Virus genome (UHGV): UHGV-1746005
Direction: 5' to 3' (one strand)
Origin: a virus
DNA length: 20,218 nt
Position 1 is the first letter of the stretch, and each line of letters starts with the position of its first letter. Below, in pieces: positions 1 through 10,132 of this stretch. The position numbers and the translations under genes were made by a program. The notes beneath the pieces are model-generated. The model was not told where the DNA came from. It did not search any database and worked only from the letters and a program-made list of their open reading frames with translations.

Positions 1-403
1 GCTCTTCCGACGTGCTGTTAGTGGCACTACTGAGCTGAGTGATGCCTTTCGCTGTCAATGAAGCTGTTGGCACACCAGTAATCTGATTCCAGGGATGTGT
101 ATGACTGGATGGTGCCTTTCCGGCTGCTAGATCGTATGCAGCTTTAACCGCTTTTGGCGTTGCAGCTAATGTTTCAGAAGTGCTGTTGGTGTCGCTACTG
201 AGCTGAACTATCCCTTTTTGTGTCGTGGTTGCATCCTGGGCTGTATACTTCCCGTTAGCCAGGTCATATGCAGCCTTGACAGCTTTCGGTGTGGCGGCCA
301 GCACTTCAGACGTGCTGAGCTGAACTAATCCCTTTTGCGTTGTGCTTGCATCCTGCGCCGTATACTTGCTTTTCGCCAGATCGTAGGCTTTTTTAACTGC
401 CAG
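1..403 (-). repeat. Intragenic tandem collar repeats of the tail fiber (about 3 units of ~40-45 codons)
   Basis: Recurring DNA and protein units, e.g. AVKKAYDLAKSKYTAQDASTTQKGLVQLS / AVKAAYDLANGKYTAQDATTTQKGIVQLSS / TAKGITQLSSATNSTSEE. Confidence 0.6.
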
Positions 404-988
404 CGAACTTGCAGCGACATCACTTCTGGTACTGGTTACAGAGTCGGAAATTTCAATGCCTATCGTGAGATCGATGCGGTCGGATACATCTATCATTTCC
501 TGAGTAATAGCAGATACGCCAGCAGGGATATTCACCGTACAAACAAGCAGTTCCCCATCTCCTAACTGATATGAATCGGTATAGGTTCTGGCAACAAATT
601 CAGCCGCATGAATATGTGACGCGGTATTAACCTGATAAGAATCTTCTCCAAGGAGGTATCTTCCCTTCAGCACAATTGCATATTTCTTACCTGCGCTAAG
701 TGCAAGAGAAATATCCTTACGCTGCTGAATAGTTACCTGGTAGAATTCACCAATATTCACTGACGCCGCGCCAGCGGTTTTATCACCATCCACTGAGGTG
801 ATTAACAGGTTCATTCCACCGCCAGGCTTAGGCAAGAAACCAGCATAAAATCCCGGGTCAACAATTCCCCTGAATTTTCGGTTTAGAGCGGCTGACAGAT
901 ATGGTTCGTGGTATTGCACATCAGCCACCAGAGCCAACGACTCGGGTGATGGGTAAGTAACCGATGTAACAACTGTAACGTCATTCAT
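1..988 (-). CDS. Phage tail fiber protein, N-terminal 329 aa in window (gene continues beyond window start); P1 S / side-tail-fiber type
   Basis: Minus-strand frame open from ATG at 988 (SD AAGGA 9 nt upstream) to position 1 with no stop; hand translation verified at both ends and mid-gene. Residues ~196-329 carry repeated collar motifs (TAQDA(S/T)TTQKG(L/I)VQLSS..., LAATPKAVKAAYDLA) typical of phage tail-fibre repeats. Not in the ORF track because no stop lies in the window. Confidence 0.75.
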   Translation of the reverse strand, partial: MNDVTVVTSVTYPSPESLALVADVQYHEPYLSAALNRKFRGIVDPGFYAGFLPKPGGGMNLLITSVDGDKTAGAASVNIGEFYQVTIQQRKDISLALSAGKKYAIVLKGRYLLGEDSYQVNTASHIHAAEFVARTYTDSYQLGDGELLVCTVNIPAGVSAITQEMIDVSDRIDLTIGIEISDSVTSTRSDVAASSLAVKKAYDLAKSKYTAQDASTTQKGLVQLSTSEVLAATPKAVKAAYDLANGKYTAQDATTTQKGIVQLSSDTNSTSETLAATPKAVKAAYDLAAGKAPSSHTHPWNQITGVPTASLTAKGITQLSSATNSTSEE

Positions 989-999
989 CAAGCATATCC

Positions 1000-1434
1000 T
1001 TATGCTGTAGTCGAGTTTATGGCCATAACTGCGGTATATGTTTTGCCCACATACAGCGAGTCTTCTTGGACACAAATAATGGCGATTGGCTTATTCTCGT
1101 TATCCAGAACAACCAGAGTGTTGAATGGGTAGTTTTTCCCTTCCTGCAACTGACTTTGATCAAGGTCCATTCGGACAGTAATTATCCCGCCTGAGTAGGT
1201 TGGGACGAGGTTGATGGTGCAAAATTGACTGGTCAGTTCTGCCAGATCGAAAGCCTTTGGCAGTTCTCCAATCTCATAAGTGCCATCTCCTTTCTTAGTA
1301 ACCAGTGAACTGGTACCGAAAACGGCCTTGCTGATTAAAAATCGAGAGCCTTTGTTAATGGACGATTCAGCGCGCCGCTGATAGTAATAGTCCAACAACT
1401 GACTCTTATAGAGGTTTGTTGAGACGTCAGACAT
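1000..1434 (-). CDS. Tail-fiber-associated / baseplate-distal protein, 144 aa, function unassigned (position equivalent to P1 gene R)
   Basis: ORF immediately upstream of the fibre gene in the same operon; its stop at 1000-1002 lies 12 nt from the fibre start. Call is by synteny only. Confidence 0.5.
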   Translation of the reverse strand: MSDVSTNLYKSQLLDYYYQRRAESSINKGSRFLISKAVFGTSSLVTKKGDGTYEIGELPKAFDLAELTSQFCTINLVPTYSGGIITVRMDLDQSQLQEGKNYPFNTLVVLDNENKPIAIICVQEDSLYVGKTYTAVMAINSTTA

Positions 1435-1484
1435 GATTTTCCCTAATCAATGTTGTGAAGCCTCATTGTAAGATAAGTAACTTG

Positions 1485-1509
1485 TCACCCCGCCCTGCGG
1501 ACGGGGTGA
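1485..1509 (-). promoter_or_regulatory. Intergenic GC-rich hairpin between tail genes (8-bp stem TCACCCCG/CGGGGTGA, 9-nt loop)
   Basis: Perfect inverted repeat directly after the stop of the 279-aa gene (1513) and before the 144-aa gene start (1434); no clean U-tract, so more likely an attenuator or RNA stability element than a full terminator. Confidence 0.3.
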
Positions 1510-1512
1510 TTG

Positions 1513-2352
1513 TCACGCATCGCTATCCAACAGCAAATCATCTGCGCGGGTGCGATCAAACGTAGGCGTTGCTTTCACAATAGTGCCGCCCGGCGTTGCA
1601 GTGATCGGGGCGTTAATCGACGTAACTTCAGTAAGCGAAGTTGTATCCGAAGTTTCAAACCAGCAGAATGCTTTTTCGGTATCAGAAATCTCATTCAAAG
1701 TGATCATGTCGGCCTGTTCATTTACAACAACCGACAAATAGAGCGTAAGCCCATCAAACACTATATGCAGTGGCAGTAGAGGCTTTACGAACTGATTAAA
1801 CTTTCTGAGAATTTCTTCTGTAATTGCGGACTGATCTATCGTTCCAGTAATACCCATTGTCCGGGCCAGGTCGTTTATGGGAATACTGATCATTCCTCTG
1901 GAAGTCAGAAACATCTCGCCGAATGTGCCGCCGGTGGTTTCCAGTGTGCTTTCTGGAATCAGGACCGTGCCATAGGGATGACGTTCAAAGTCCACCGGAG
2001 CATATATGGGATCCCATAAAACCGATATACCGTTAAATTCGCGATAAATTGTCTGGTTTATAGGGCGTTCAGTACCCTTAAAATGGATCTCATCAAACCG
2101 CTGTTGTAACAACATCGGAACGGAAGATGAATTCGACGTTCTGATAGTAAAAAACTGGCCAAGTTCATTTGTCCTAGTCTCCAGATCCTCCTTGCTCATG
2201 GAGAAAATAGACTTCCGGTTGGTAATTCGCTCCAACCATGGGTCAACAAAGGTGTCCATCATTGACTGAACCAAATCAGCCAATGATTTATAAAGTAATG
2301 ACTTTTGCTTAGCTGATGTAAGCCGGTTATTAAACCAGGAACGTTGCATCAC
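1513..2352 (-). CDS. Baseplate/tail morphogenesis protein, 279 aa (function unassigned)
   Basis: Start overlaps the stop of the upstream 477-aa gene (2349-2352), indicating translational coupling within the tail operon. Confidence 0.55.
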   Translation of the reverse strand: MMQRSWFNNRLTSAKQKSLLYKSLADLVQSMMDTFVDPWLERITNRKSIFSMSKEDLETRTNELGQFFTIRTSNSSSVPMLLQQRFDEIHFKGTERPINQTIYREFNGISVLWDPIYAPVDFERHPYGTVLIPESTLETTGGTFGEMFLTSRGMISIPINDLARTMGITGTIDQSAITEEILRKFNQFVKPLLPLHIVFDGLTLYLSVVVNEQADMITLNEISDTEKAFCWFETSDTTSLTEVTSINAPITATPGGTIVKATPTFDRTRADDLLLDSDA

Positions 2353-3782
2353 TCCTCCTCATACGAAATATTAAAGGTGGAGTTTTCTGTATCCAGATAA
2401 ACGAAATCGTAAAAGCCGTTGGACTCATTCCACTCGACAAATTCCAGATAAAAGTCGCGGAAATAACCCAGCGTTTCGATAAATGCCCAAACGTCTTTTT
2501 TCTTGATTAGGATGTACTTGCCGACACGGTTCGGATCAAAGAAAGTTGAGTCACGCCCAAATTTTGTTTCCAGTGCCGACTTCAGCTCATCAGTCACGTT
2601 CTCAATGGTCAGGCTTGCCGATATCCGCCCAGTGATGGTGATCTTAAAGGGTAGTTTTCTGACCTCTTTATACGAGAATTTCTTGTTCAACTCATTCGGC
2701 ACCTTCTTAAAGGCAGCCAGGATCATTTCTTCAAGCTCTGACTGGCTTTTGTTTGGATGCCATCCTGAAATAAATATCTTATTGATATTCCGAACATTAT
2801 AAGCACCATCTAATTTCTCTTGCTGGCCTTCGCCCCATGCCTTTACCCAGGACAGTCCCGGGATGTTACGCACCAGAAAATACGTATAGTCCCCGCCCCA
2901 TACGACCTGATCATCATAGGCAAGGTAATATTGTGCACGATTACGTGTGATCTCCGTTGTTTCGGCATCGGTACCTGCGGTTATGGGTGTCGTTGTCTTA
3001 ACTGAAATCAAATTAGCTAAATTAGCCGCAGAATCGACAGGAGTCAGGTTTTGGCCAGCAACCAGGGTTATATCTCCGTTGGTGCACCATACCTTAAGTG
3101 TAATGGTCGAGCCTTCTGGCGGTATTTGCCCAATTAGCCCATCACCGAATCGAACCCCCAACTGCTCGGATGGCTTATAAAACTCAACGTAGACCTGGCT
3201 TTTACTACCGGCTAACCGGAACATAGTGCTGGAAGACCACTGCGTGGTCTTACCATCGGTCGTCACGAATACTTCCAGCTTATAGCAGACAGCAGTGAGA
3301 GCCTTTGATAACACGACTTCCAGAAATTCTTTGGCTGCCGTAACGGTATATGTCACCTCCTGGATTTCCAACTGTGCCACTTCTACCGTACCGGTGCCGT
3401 CAACCAACCTGCATACATCCATAGTCATGTAAGGGTACTGGTCGTCAGATATTAAAGGCATATTTTTGGGGATTACCGCTGGGGCATCTTCACTTGTGGC
3501 GGTGATCTCAATCATCCCCGATGACGGTGTTGGCTTGGTACCAACGTAACTATTCGTTTCTGCCGCTGCCAAGATAGAGGAACGCCGCGTCGCGGTCGAT
3601 ATAAAGCCTTCAGCCAGCGCCGCATCGGCATACTGAAAGCACCTGTAGACAATCTGGGTAATAAACAATGTCAGCATCGAGACAAATTGAGAGCCGACAA
3701 ACTTCGACCAGAATGAATCTTTCTCGACAAGCTCTTCAAACTCTGCACGAATACTGTCTTTAGTCGGTGTTGTTTTACTCAT
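2349..3782 (-). CDS. Baseplate protein, 477 aa (possible gpJ/gp6-like wedge protein)
   Basis: 4-nt overlaps with both neighbours (3779-3782, 2349-2352); sits directly after a gp25/GPW-like small protein, matching the W-J-I order of contractile-tail baseplates. Family assignment is weak. Confidence 0.55.
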   Translation of the reverse strand: MSKTTPTKDSIRAEFEELVEKDSFWSKFVGSQFVSMLTLFITQIVYRCFQYADAALAEGFISTATRRSSILAAAETNSYVGTKPTPSSGMIEITATSEDAPAVIPKNMPLISDDQYPYMTMDVCRLVDGTGTVEVAQLEIQEVTYTVTAAKEFLEVVLSKALTAVCYKLEVFVTTDGKTTQWSSSTMFRLAGSKSQVYVEFYKPSEQLGVRFGDGLIGQIPPEGSTITLKVWCTNGDITLVAGQNLTPVDSAANLANLISVKTTTPITAGTDAETTEITRNRAQYYLAYDDQVVWGGDYTYFLVRNIPGLSWVKAWGEGQQEKLDGAYNVRNINKIFISGWHPNKSQSELEEMILAAFKKVPNELNKKFSYKEVRKLPFKITITGRISASLTIENVTDELKSALETKFGRDSTFFDPNRVGKYILIKKKDVWAFIETLGYFRDFYLEFVEWNESNGFYDFVYLDTENSTFNISYEEE

Positions 3783-4138
3783 AGCACCACGTCCTGTGTG
3801 ATAGTTATATCCCTGATACGAATGGATATTTTCAACTTATCAAAAGCATCTCCCTCGGCTACTGACAAGCCAGAAATCGGTATGTCAGGTAAATCTACCG
3901 TCAGTTTTTGCAACAGCATTGCCTCAACCGCAATTTGAACATGCGACAAGTTGGTCGGTTCGTGTTTAAACTGCGGTAAAACATTGCCCCATGACGGATC
4001 TCCGTATACCTCACCCTGATAAGTGTTTAGCCACTCATATAAACGAGCGCCCCAGGCCTCCTCCTGGGACTCATACGTTTTTACGCCGGATAACTCCAGC
4101 GTCAGCAAAGGATCAATTTCGTTATTGTTGGCCATCAA
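3779..4138 (-). CDS. Small baseplate protein, 119 aa (possible GPW/gp25-like)
   Basis: Size and motif YGDPSWGNVLPQF resemble the gp25/GPW G-x-P-x-F/W-G-x-x-L signature; start overlaps the stop of the SLT-domain gene (4135-4138). Confidence 0.5.
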   Translation of the reverse strand: MMANNNEIDPLLTLELSGVKTYESQEEAWGARLYEWLNTYQGEVYGDPSWGNVLPQFKHEPTNLSHVQIAVEAMLLQKLTVDLPDIPISGLSVAEGDAFDKLKISIRIRDITITQDVVL

Positions 4139-7100
4139 TCAACTCTCGCGTAGTCATTCATCAACGGATCATCAATTGACAGTGGCACCGTGCGCATAAC
4201 GCCCGGTTGAGGCGTGCTGACCTTTACGACAGTTCCCTGGCCTTTCGCCGAGTCTTTAGTGTGCTCTTCAATCCTGGCAAGCAATGAGGTCATCTGCGCA
4301 AACAGCCGCTTCGTTTCACCATCAAGTGAAACGGTATTATCAGCCAACTGCATTGTCGGCTTGGCACCGGAGCCGCCAAGGTCACTAATAACCTGTCCGT
4401 CTATCTGCATACGACCGGTTGGTTGCTGCAAATCGTTGGCGGCAGTCGTCACCAGGGACGTGGAGGCTGGTTCAGGCGCATTATTTTTCCGCATCCCCGG
4501 CGAGTTGCGGAGTTTATCGAATAGTCCATCAATCCCCATTTGTGCGCCGAGTTGGTCAAAGTAACTTGAGTTGCTGGCCACCGGACGCGCCTCTTCAACT
4601 GGCATCGGAGTATCAACATACACATTGCCAGCTGCTGTTGCGGTCCCCTTCCCTCGTGCACGTTCTTCGAGCGTTCCCTGAACGACTTCCCGACGCATAC
4701 CCCGGCCATTCATGAATTTGTTGACCAGATCGTTAACACCAACAGCATTGCCAATTTTGTCTACCAGACCGCCTTTCTCAAACGGGCTATCACCAGGGGT
4801 AAACGCCAGGCCAGTAGACTGATCGATAACAGCGTTATCAGGCAGCTTTTCGTGAATTGCTGGTGCGCTATGATCTACCTTAGAGCCATAAACGGCACCA
4901 TTATTGAGCATCTGCTGATACCCTCTGACACGAGTAACATATTCGCCGGTACCGGCGACTACTCTCCCCTTATCAACATGCCCCATACCAGCATGATAGG
5001 CAGCTATTGCACGACCCTGATCACCGTTATAACGGTTCATCAGCATACTTAGGTATCTGGCGGCACCATCAGCTGCTTTTCGTGTATCCATGGCATCAGC
5101 ATCGCTGAGTCCAAGATCCTCCCTTGTACCTTTAGTGATCTGAAAAGCCCCAAGGGCAGATGAAAGTTTGTTCCCGTTTTTGTCTACTGGATTTCCAGTT
5201 CTCTGGCCTGCACTAGACTCTGCGGATGCAACTGCTGACAGAATCCCTTTTTCAAGCCCATACTTACGTTCAAGCTCATCAAAATAATCGGCATTGTCAG
5301 AAATCCATTGGTATCCGGCAGCATTTAATTTTGGCAAAGAAACATCCTTGCCATTGTTAAATCGACGTTTATCTATCTCATATGCACTTAATGCTTCCTC
5401 CTTACCTGTAGCAGACTGGCCCAAGGCAGCATCAATTGTTTGTGCTGCTTTATTTCCTGTTTCTACGGCATTTGCCTTGATAATCTGATTGGCAGTTTCT
5501 TTAACTGTTTTATTGCTATCTTTCGCTGTATCTAGGGATGCATTTACAACACGAGTGACAATATTACCCTTTTTAGGGGTATATTCAGTTTTAGGAGCAT
5601 TGCCCTCCTGACGTTCTTTAGCAGGTGTTTTTAATTCAGGTTTAACCTCTTTCGCATCCGCTTTTTTGACTAGCTTTGATGCAACCCAGGCTACAGGGGT
5701 GCTCTGAACAGCGGCATCTACAACTTCACCTGAAAGCTCTTTTGCGGCACTCCATAGATTACTGCCAGCCTCTTTAATGTATTTCCCTGGGTTCTTAATG
5801 AAATCAATTGCACTATTAATTGCATCACTGAAAACCTGTTTCAGGTTATCGACAGTAAAGAAGTTTTTGATGGCGTCTAATTTTTCGTTCAGATTCTTTG
5901 TAGTGTCACTGAACCAGGCTGAAATAGCATCGCCAATCTTGGCTGTGTAATCGTTGAATGTTGTGGATATGGTGTCACCAAGGTTAGAAATATATGTTTC
6001 TAAATTGGTAATCCCACTATCAATGGCCTGGGCAATACTTTCCGTCGAAAATGATTGCAACATATTGCCGATATCCTCAAATCCAAGTGATTTGAGAACG
6101 CCACCAATGGCATTGCTAATACCAGATACCAGTCCTCCCATATCGAGAACGTTAGCCAGTGTATAAGCCGCTTTTTGCTGAAAAGATGGATCTTCCCCAT
6201 CCTTAAGCCCAAAGGTCCGACGTTGTGCTTCTGTATCATTCCAACCGGTTACCGCATCATAGATACCTCCAGCCACCGTGCCGACTAGCGGAATTGCGCG
6301 TAAAGCCCCCTTTGCAAAAGCCTTAACACCTAGTTTCTCCAATCCCTTAGTTGCAAGTTTTCCGGCACCGCGAGTAGCCAATTCGCCAGCTTCTTTGGCA
6401 GCAGCTTTTTTCCCACCAAAGCCCAATAAGCTTGCAACTTTTTTTATACCTAAAGCGCCTAGTGCCATCGAGCCAACTTTCTTTAGTGCCCCACGGCCAA
6501 AAATAAGGGAAGCAATACCACCGGCCCCCTTCCCTAACAGGCTAAATAATTTGGACAGCAAGCCGCCCTTCTTTTTCCCGGTGTTTTTGGCTATCTGATC
6601 AAGGGCGCTGAGAATCTTGTCATTGCCCTCTTTAATTTCGCTGGTCTGATCCTGAAGTTCCTGAACCGTCCGTTTTTGGGTGTTAACCTGAACGACATCG
6701 GCACTACTTTGCGATTTACGCCTAAAAAAACCTTTTCTACGGCTGTTATCGTCATTGCCACGAATCACATCGGCAATTGACTTTCTGGCACCATTAAGCG
6801 AACCGCCAACTTCTTTTGATATTCCGCCAAGCTCCTTTCCTGCTGCCCACAATGGACCAGCAACGGCATAACCTAAAGCATCGACGGCACGAGTCTCTGA
6901 AGGGTTACCTATGCCTTCAGCTACTTTTGACAGTTTTTTTAATAAACCCGATTCAGCATTTAGACGCTCATCATCCTCTTTGCGCCTGGCCTTTTCAGCA
7001 CGTTCAGCACGGGCATCTTCCGCTGCGGCCTTACTCCCTGACTTTCCAATAAAACGACCACGCGCATCGCGTTGGTTTTGGCTTTTTTGCGCACCGCCTT

Positions 7101-7812
7101 TTTGACCGAACATTTCGCGAGCGTGTTCGGCTGCTTCGGTCCGTTGCGCCTTTACATCTTCTGTTATAGCCTTCCTGCGTCTTTTTTTACCCTTTGGTGT
7201 AGTTGATTTGGCCTGCTGTTCCTGTTGAGCAATGCCCTCCTGAACTACACGAGAAACGTCCCCTAAATTAAGCCGTTTCATTGCGTCAACAATAGGGTCT
7301 ACTGATGGCGCATTGGCCACAAAGTCTGGCCGGGAATTTTCGATTGTTCGATTTAATGCCGACACACTGCGAGATACTGGGTCAACCGTTGCAACGCGTT
7401 CCCCTTTCAAATCACGAGCGAGTTTGACCGTTTCTAACCGCTGTGCTTTAACATCCTCTGTTATTGCCTCTCTTCGTCTATTTGGGGGATTGTGCGCTGT
7501 TGGTGCAGCCTGCTGTTCACGGTTAGTGACTTTGTCCTCCCGTATACGAGAAACGCCCCCTAAATTAAGCCGTTTCATTGCGTCAACAATAGAGTCCACT
7601 GATGGCGCATTGGTCACAAAGTCAGGACGTGAATTTTCGATTGTGCGATTTAATGCCGACACACTGCGAGAGACAGGATCAACTGTAGCAACTCGCCCCC
7701 CTTTCAAATCTTCAACGGCTTCCCGAATACCTGCAAGCTCTTCCAGCTCTTTTGCGCTGGCGGTTTCAACCGTCCTTATCACATCGTCAATGTTGGCGTT
7801 TTTTCTTTCCAT
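4135..7812 (-). CDS. sit: Tail tape-measure-like protein with internal lytic transglycosylase (SLT) domain, 1225 aa; resembles P1 Sit
   Basis: SLT hallmarks in residues ~835-960 (DNA about 4930-5310): catalytic-type E-S in AVASAESSAG, GAFQITKGT, AAYHAGMG. Central glycine-rich hydrophobic segments typical of tape-measure proteins; basic coiled N-terminus with a tandem internal duplication. Confidence 0.8.
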   Translation of the reverse strand: MERKNANIDDVIRTVETASAKELEELAGIREAVEDLKGGRVATVDPVSRSVSALNRTIENSRPDFVTNAPSVDSIVDAMKRLNLGGVSRIREDKVTNREQQAAPTAHNPPNRRREAITEDVKAQRLETVKLARDLKGERVATVDPVSRSVSALNRTIENSRPDFVANAPSVDPIVDAMKRLNLGDVSRVVQEGIAQQEQQAKSTTPKGKKRRRKAITEDVKAQRTEAAEHAREMFGQKGGAQKSQNQRDARGRFIGKSGSKAAAEDARAERAEKARRKEDDERLNAESGLLKKLSKVAEGIGNPSETRAVDALGYAVAGPLWAAGKELGGISKEVGGSLNGARKSIADVIRGNDDNSRRKGFFRRKSQSSADVVQVNTQKRTVQELQDQTSEIKEGNDKILSALDQIAKNTGKKKGGLLSKLFSLLGKGAGGIASLIFGRGALKKVGSMALGALGIKKVASLLGFGGKKAAAKEAGELATRGAGKLATKGLEKLGVKAFAKGALRAIPLVGTVAGGIYDAVTGWNDTEAQRRTFGLKDGEDPSFQQKAAYTLANVLDMGGLVSGISNAIGGVLKSLGFEDIGNMLQSFSTESIAQAIDSGITNLETYISNLGDTISTTFNDYTAKIGDAISAWFSDTTKNLNEKLDAIKNFFTVDNLKQVFSDAINSAIDFIKNPGKYIKEAGSNLWSAAKELSGEVVDAAVQSTPVAWVASKLVKKADAKEVKPELKTPAKERQEGNAPKTEYTPKKGNIVTRVVNASLDTAKDSNKTVKETANQIIKANAVETGNKAAQTIDAALGQSATGKEEALSAYEIDKRRFNNGKDVSLPKLNAAGYQWISDNADYFDELERKYGLEKGILSAVASAESSAGQRTGNPVDKNGNKLSSALGAFQITKGTREDLGLSDADAMDTRKAADGAARYLSMLMNRYNGDQGRAIAAYHAGMGHVDKGRVVAGTGEYVTRVRGYQQMLNNGAVYGSKVDHSAPAIHEKLPDNAVIDQSTGLAFTPGDSPFEKGGLVDKIGNAVGVNDLVNKFMNGRGMRREVVQGTLEERARGKGTATAAGNVYVDTPMPVEEARPVASNSSYFDQLGAQMGIDGLFDKLRNSPGMRKNNAPEPASTSLVTTAANDLQQPTGRMQIDGQVISDLGGSGAKPTMQLADNTVSLDGETKRLFAQMTSLLARIEEHTKDSAKGQGTVVKVSTPQPGVMRTVPLSIDDPLMNDYARVD
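7150..7743 (-). repeat. Tandem in-frame duplication (2 x ~297 bp, 99 codons) inside the N-terminal region of the SLT/tape-measure gene
   Basis: Near-identical blocks at ~7211-7413 and ~7508-7710 (e.g. CCCCTAAATTAAGCCGTTTCATTGCGTCAACAATAG...), with weaker similarity extending to ~7150 and ~7743. Protein repeats: KGGRVATVDPVSRSVSALNRTIENSRPDFV(T/A)NAPSVD(S/P)IVDAMKRLNLG. Confidence 0.85.
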
Positions 7813-7893
7813 GATCTTATCGCCTACCGCTTCGGTTTAAGTTTTTCTTCCAGTTTCTCCAACAGGAAAAACGCATAGGATTCAGTGAGCCTT

Positions 7894-8775
7894 TCAGCGT
7901 CCTGAATCGGTATACCCCCATACAAAACCAGGTTGGATACTAAGGTCTGATAGCTTTTCAATCCCCACCTGTGGAATGAAGTCGGTAGCCCGAAAGGGCA
8001 CCCACAGACGGGTAAACGCACCCTCTGTGGACTCCTTTTTGTCCTGGTTTGGGCATTTATGCGGCGGGAGACGAAGACGCATTTCACCTTTATCGATGTA
8101 GCACGGTAAACCATGTTCGAGCTTTTCATGAGCCAGTCGGATGTGTGCCGCCAGCTTCATAAATTCAGTATCAATGGCCATCCGTTTAATCGTTTCATAA
8201 CGACGCTCAGCCTGATCTTCACGAGTACCGCTAACATCGTTATAAAGCTCACACTGATAAGCGAATTCCCAAAAACGCAAATCAACGATCGCTTCTTTGA
8301 ATTCCGCGTCGTCTTCAGGTGGCAATGCTGCACGGCGCATCTCCAGCATTTCCATTGCCCAACCATCAAGCGGCACGATACGCCATTGATAAGGCACGCC
8401 CTCTACAGACACCTCAATATCGTCAATGAACGGTTCCACTTCCAGGACCTGGATATCTTCAGCCAGAGCATTCATATCGCAATCGTAATAATGCTCTTTA
8501 CCGCAATGTTTACAGGTGTAGGTGAATGTCTCGACCGGTGTTTCACGGGAGCCGGTAAATATCCACCATAACGCGGTAATCCGGTCCTGCGCCGTCCATG
8601 TCAGGGGATCATGTTTCGCGGGTTCAGCCAGCAAGGCTTTTAAATATGCCGTTGTCTGTTGTTCTTGTTCCTCCGGTGTTATCGAGTTGAAACGCATCGC
8701 ATCAGCAATATTTGGCTGACGGAACTGGATCAATTCAGTTGGCCGCGATGGTAGCGGGAAAAGGGGTAAAAGCAT
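7894..8775 (-). CDS. Tail morphogenesis protein, 293 aa, directly upstream of the tape-measure gene (possible assembly chaperone; unassigned)
   Basis: Position immediately 5' of the tape-measure gene; contains a CxxC...C cluster (CKHCGKEHYYDC). A +1-frame ORF (7824-8129) overlaps its 3' end. Confidence 0.5.
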   Translation of the reverse strand: MLLPLFPLPSRPTELIQFRQPNIADAMRFNSITPEEQEQQTTAYLKALLAEPAKHDPLTWTAQDRITALWWIFTGSRETPVETFTYTCKHCGKEHYYDCDMNALAEDIQVLEVEPFIDDIEVSVEGVPYQWRIVPLDGWAMEMLEMRRAALPPEDDAEFKEAIVDLRFWEFAYQCELYNDVSGTREDQAERRYETIKRMAIDTEFMKLAAHIRLAHEKLEHGLPCYIDKGEMRLRLPPHKCPNQDKKESTEGAFTRLWVPFRATDFIPQVGIEKLSDLSIQPGFVWGYTDSGR

Positions 8776-8789
8776 CCTTGCTCCTTAAT

Positions 8790-9401
8790 TCAAAGAGAAA
8801 AACTAAAGCCCAGAAGGGAAGCCAAAGAACTTGAGGATTGGTTAAACGTGCTGTGCAATGCGAAGGTCATTGGGAATGACTTAAATTCCGTGACCTGATC
8901 CCGCGCATAGGTGACATCGCCGGTAGTAACCGGGAATACCGTCATCTCATTTTCCAGTTTGGTTAAACCGGAAGACAGCAACCGATAAATACGCACATTG
9001 AGCAAATATTTAGACGGTATATTCCCGGTACCGTCCGGATTGATCACCCGACTTTTTGCCGTCTTAAACCAGTCCAAAACGAGGCCATCAACGGTATCCC
9101 TGACCATCATTGTTATCTGCCCAGGCGAACGCTCCGTTGGTTGAAGGATATTCCCTCCGCCGATTTTAATCGTTTCATATTCGATGCTGTAATCGTGGTA
9201 GGTAATATCTTTGGCAAAGAAGTCTGCCCCCTCCAGTCCATCAACTTCGACAGAGAACTGCCATCCTTGCGCGAACAGCATTTTGTTCATGATGATTGAC
9301 GTCAGCTTACCAACTTCCCGCTCACCAACGCCGGAGCCAAATAATGTCGTCGTTAATGCCGAAGATACATAAGACTTTACTGAAGCAACATTAAGCCCCA
9401 T
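8790..9401 (-). CDS. Virion/tail structural protein, 203 aa (unassigned)
   Basis: Long ORF with 14-nt spacing to the downstream gene; part of the same minus-strand operon. Confidence 0.5.
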   Translation of the reverse strand: MGLNVASVKSYVSSALTTTLFGSGVGEREVGKLTSIIMNKMLFAQGWQFSVEVDGLEGADFFAKDITYHDYSIEYETIKIGGGNILQPTERSPGQITMMVRDTVDGLVLDWFKTAKSRVINPDGTGNIPSKYLLNVRIYRLLSSGLTKLENEMTVFPVTTGDVTYARDQVTEFKSFPMTFALHSTFNQSSSSLASLLGFSFSL

Positions 9402-9411
9402 ATCAGCCCCC

Positions 9412-10019
<608 letters not shown>

Positions 10020-10132
10020 TAGTCATTTGTTCATTGAGTAGGAATATTGTTGTCCGGGGGGTAATCAGTGTAGGTGGAATGAGGGATATGATATGGTTAT
10101 CACATAATCAGGTTGTTTTGAGTAAAACAATA

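Noticed and set aside
4214-8571. Numerous plus-strand ORFs (e.g. 4214-4564, 6278-6598, 6911-7105, 7313-7840, 8113-8571) inside the minus-strand tail genes
   Set aside because: They lie antisense to long, tightly coupled structural genes, have low-complexity or repeat-mirroring composition (7313-7840 simply mirrors the tandem duplication) and lack SD sequences; most likely shadow ORFs.
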